From Octopus bimaculoides (taxonomy: Eukaryota): a DNA stretch of 64,000 bases. Of the stretch, positions 59,939 through 64,000 are shown in pieces. The DNA lies in the NCBI RefSeq assembly GCF_001194135.2, contig NC_068981.1, forward strand, positions 21,608,792 to 21,672,791, given 5' to 3'. Under the pieces are notes generated by a model. It did not search any database. It saw only the letters and a list, made by a program, of their open reading frames with translations, and had not been told where the DNA came from. Numbering within the stretch: the first letter of the stretch is position 1; each line of letters begins with the position of its first letter. The position numbers were made by a program, and so were the translations under genes.

Positions 59939-62404
59939 ATGTAATATCTAACATCTTTGTCTTTTGTGTGAGTTATGTTTATATTATTAAGGATGACTGG
60001 AGCTCATAGAATCAATTACCCAATTTCCATGACGTATAAGTGACTGAGCTCACAAATTTCTTTCTGAAAGGGATGGTTAGTCTGTTGCAAGCTTAATCAT
60101 TTAGAGTCAAGTGGACTGAAGCATTGTGAAATGATGTGTTTTGCACAAGAACACTATGAAATTCCTGGTGCAGGAATCAAAACCACTACCTTGCAATCCT
60201 GAGTGCAACATGCTAACCATTAGGTTCACTGAAGGTGACAGATAAACAGGAGATTATTTTACTTGGTGCTTTGTTGGGTTTTAGGGGGAAAAAATGATTT
60301 TGTTAGCTTCCATATTCTTGGAAAATATAGAACCAAATGTAGATTTTGGTATGCAGTGATTCTTTTCAGCTTCCGGTATTTTAGGTGTAAATTGTAATTT
60401 TGTGTGGTTCTGAGAGTTTTACATTTTTAGGTTTTCTTGTTACTTTTTTTGGTATCTTATGGAAGGACAAGATAAAAATCATGATCAAGATGTATAGGTG
60501 TTTAATTATTGCATTGTAGTCTTGTCTTGTTTGTGTAGTTTTTGTTGGCTGATTTTGGAGAAATGTCAGCTAAGAGCTTTTGCTTGATGTTGGAGTGTAT
60601 GTTATTTCAGGTCATTATGATATGGCTGTTATTGATACTGCTGCTAATTGCTCCATAGTGTTCTACTGTTTGTTTCATTGTTTATGTTGGATATAAACAT
60701 TTACCAGTTTTCTCTTTTCTACAGTTTATTTTTTTTTTATTTCCTGTGTTGCTTGTCATTGAGTTTTATTTTTGGATGTGTTTGGTTTATTTTTTGGTGT
60801 CAGGTTTGAGGTTTGGTCATTTCTGGAGTGTAATTGTGTTCTTTTATGTTGCCTTATGAGATTTTTTTTCGTAGTTGAATTTATAATGTTTTTACTGAAA
60901 ATTTCTGCTGCAATTTCCATGTTGGTAATTGTGATGTTGAATTCTTAAAAGAAAAAGAAAAAACCTGTTCTTGCTAATGGTGAAACTTGTTTCAATGGTT
61001 TAAAAAAATTTTTTTTTAAAGAAGAGTGCTAAAGTGTTTTTACCTTTTGACAAGACTTATTTTTCTCTCTGTCAGTTTGAGAATTCCTGAATCCAACCTA
61101 TAGGTTCACCCTGAAACTTTTTCTCTTCTCCCTTAGGGATAGTTTAATCATTATTGATTTCTGTATAGGTTCAGAACAAGTCTGAGAAAATATGCAATCC
61201 ATTTGCTCACTTTTATATTTTTCCAGGTTGTTTATGAAGAGTGTTAATTGTATTTGTCATGATATGTATAATTGTTTGTGAGGATAGTTTTAAGTAATTA
61301 ATCAGAAGTAGTATATGGATTAATAAGTAACAATAGTTCATGTAATAGGAAGGGTATCCTGTTGCAAAAAACCATACTGAAAATATCACACACTTACAAC
61401 AAAGATTGGCATTTTTTTTCTCCGATGTTGTATGTATGAAATGATGAAAGACTATGACAAGTGGCGAGACTGTGCTGGAGTAAACCTGTCCAACCTACAC
61501 AAATATAGAAAAACAAATGTAAATTGATAATATTACAGATCTATGATAATGGTCCCTTAAAAAGAATGAGGTGTTTCATTAGAGATCAGGTAATTAAGTA
61601 ATTAAAAAAGAGCTCAAAAGTTATTTCTGAGTACCATTCCTATGTTTTAAATAAAACTTTTGAAGAAATTTATTGTTTAAATATTTTTTTGTTTAAAAGT
61701 AGGACGAATGTAAATAAAAAGAATATAAATTAAAAGTTTTGTTACTTTCTGTTGTCAACTTCTGTGAAATAATTCAAGTTATTTCTTCACTGTTTCATCT
61801 CATCTGCATGGAAATTTTCCATAAACAACCAACAAATCCATCGATAATTTATATTTATTTAGCAATGGTTCAAATATTGTACAAATTCCTAGAATTATTG
61901 CAAAACCAATTCATTTCCATTGCTTGAAATAACAGAACAATTATTTTCAGTTTTATTTTCATGATTCACAATAAAAATCTATCGCTATTCTTTTGTATTA
62001 ACATCTTTTATCTTTTTTAATCTAAAACTTGTGATAATATACATTTGTGATAATATACATGCAGTGATGTGTTTGTTACATTATCTAATGAACAGGCCAT
62101 TCATTAATTTTTCAAATGAAATAAAATTACTTTGATAATTTCTTATTTTCTCTTGTATGAAATTATTTTTTTAAAACCCTATTTTCCTTCTTTTGTTTTA
62201 TGTTTCTGGTGTAAAAAAAAAAAAAATACCTTCATGTACCCAATGTTTATTCTTTGGATTTTTTTCTTACAGTTGAGATAGTCAATTTTTCTAATATTTG
62301 ACATCTGTAACAGCAGAAGAGCAACAGTTTTGTGTTAAATCGTAAATAATTTACATTCCAACACTTTTCTCATGTATCAATGCCTGCCACAAAAAAAAAA
62401 GGTA

Positions 62405-63200
62405 CTTACACTCCGTCTAGTAAGCGCACTGACATTACACATCCATTGGAGCATACTGGCTTCATTCCTTGCGAGCTTATGCATGTCCTCAGCAGTGTCG
62501 GTCCATGTTTCACTGTCATGTAGCATGGCTGTTCGTACACATGCGTCATACAGTCTGCCTTTTACTCTGAGCGAGAGGCCCTTTGTCACCAGCGGAGGTG
62601 AGAGCTCTCTGAACTTTGCCCAGACTATTCTTATTCTAGCAGCTACATTTTCAGCGCACCCTGCCCCTCTACTAACTTGGTCACCTAGGTAACGGAAACT
62701 ATCAACTACTTCTAGTTTTTCTTCCTAGAATGTAATGGAAGTTGTTCTCTGCACATTTTCAGTGTTTATTGCTCCTGAGCATTTGCCACATACAAAAACT
62801 ATGTTCTCAGTTAGCCTTCCTTTGATATTGCTGCACCTCTTATGTGTCCATAGCTTACACTGGGTACATCTTATAGAGTTTCTACCTACGCCTTTTCTAC
62901 AGATCGAGCAGGGCCATCTACCTGAAGGGATTTGTGGTTTGCCTTCCTACTTATTAGGACTTTGGTTTTAGCTAGGTTGACTCCAAGGCCCTTCGATTTG
63001 AATCCTTGTTTCCACACCTGAACCTTCTCTAGTTCTGATAGTGACTCAGGAATTAGAGCAAGGTCATCAGCATAGAGGAGCTCCCAGGGGCATCCTGTCT
63101 TGAATTCCTGTGTTATTGCCTGGAGGACTATGATAAATAGGAGGGGACTTAGGATGGAACCTTGGTGGACCCCTCCCTACCTCTACCCGGAATTCTTCAC
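62405..63200 (-). mobile_element. RTE-clade LINE RT fragment
   Basis: GVHQGSILSPLLFIIVLQAITQEFKTGCPWELLYADDL...FRYLGDQ...KGLSLRVKGRLYDACVRTAMLH. Confidence 0.93.
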
Positions 63201-63246
63201 TGGTACTTGTTGCCAACCCTATATATATATATATATATATATATTA

Positions 63247-63420
63247 TCACCATCATCATCATTTAACGTCTGTTTTCCATGCTGGCATGGGTTGGACAGT
63301 TTGACTGAGGTTTGGAAAACCAGTGTCTGCACCAGGCTCCAATCTGATCTGGCAATGGTTCTACAGCTGGATGCCCTACCTAATGCCAACCACTCTGAGA
63401 GTGTTGTGGGTGTTTTTTAC
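63247..63420 (-). mobile_element. Diverged RTE-type 3' tail copy
   Basis: catcatcatttaacgtctgttttccatgctggcatggg... Confidence 0.8.
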
Positions 63421-64000
63421 ATGATATATATATATATATCATTGTTTTAATGTCTATTTTTTTTCAAACTTGCCCATCATCTATTTCCAAGCAAAAGACC
63501 CCATTTGCCAGACGTGTTTTGCAAAATATTGGAAATGAATGACATTACTTCTATGACAGTGACACTCCTTAACAACTCATGCCAAGCAAGGAAACTCAAA
63601 CATACTCACACTCACATATAGACATAATTATGTACATACATATATATGTGTGTGTGTGTGTACATATTCTCAGAAAGGTGTTTTAGGATATTCTAAAATT
63701 TGAAGTATATGAGATGGCAAATATGTATATGTAGATGACTGTATATACATGGATTATTTGTGTGAATATCTGCCTACTTGTGTGTGTGTGAACTTAAGTA
63801 TGTATACTTATGATTTGAGTAAATGTCGGTATATATATGATTTTAGCTATATGTGTGTGTGTGCGTGTGTAAAGGCCAGTCAAGGAGATTCTGTAATTAT
63901 CTATCATAATATGTATTCATTATTCAACGTTGACTGGTTTTTGTTTAGCCCTAGGTCAGTCCTGATTGAGCAGACCTATATATATATATATATATATATA

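Overview
AT-rich, microsatellite- and transposon-dense animal genomic DNA with five assembly gaps. The repeat families resemble those of Octopus, but the taxon is inferred. One host gene dominates. It is a plus-strand HOIP/RNF31-like linear (Met1) ubiquitin E3 ligase, reassembled by eye from 21 GT-AG coding exons (7924-53589, about 1166 aa). Domain order is PUB, coiled coil, one NZF, UBA, RING1-IBR-RING2 (catalytic GGCIH) and LDD. Exons 8-21 are well supported. The small N-terminal exons 1-3, 6 and 7 are less certain. The catalytic core is well conserved, but the recruitment modules look remodelled: degenerate PUB pocket, an NZF without the TF motif, and no recognisable B-box. The rest is mostly decayed or non-autonomous mobile DNA: RTE and CR1/L2-like LINEs, mariner/Tc1, hAT, SINEs and MITEs. 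Notable non-coding structure includes a Penelope-type inverted repeat carrying a minimal hammerhead-ribozyme-like core, and near-identical RTE tails in alternating orientation around in-frame exons. There is also a copy of the putative promoter/leader inserted into an upstream LINE, and an unidentified CpG-retaining foldback/coding relic in intron 1. All alignments and translations were done by eye, with no database search.
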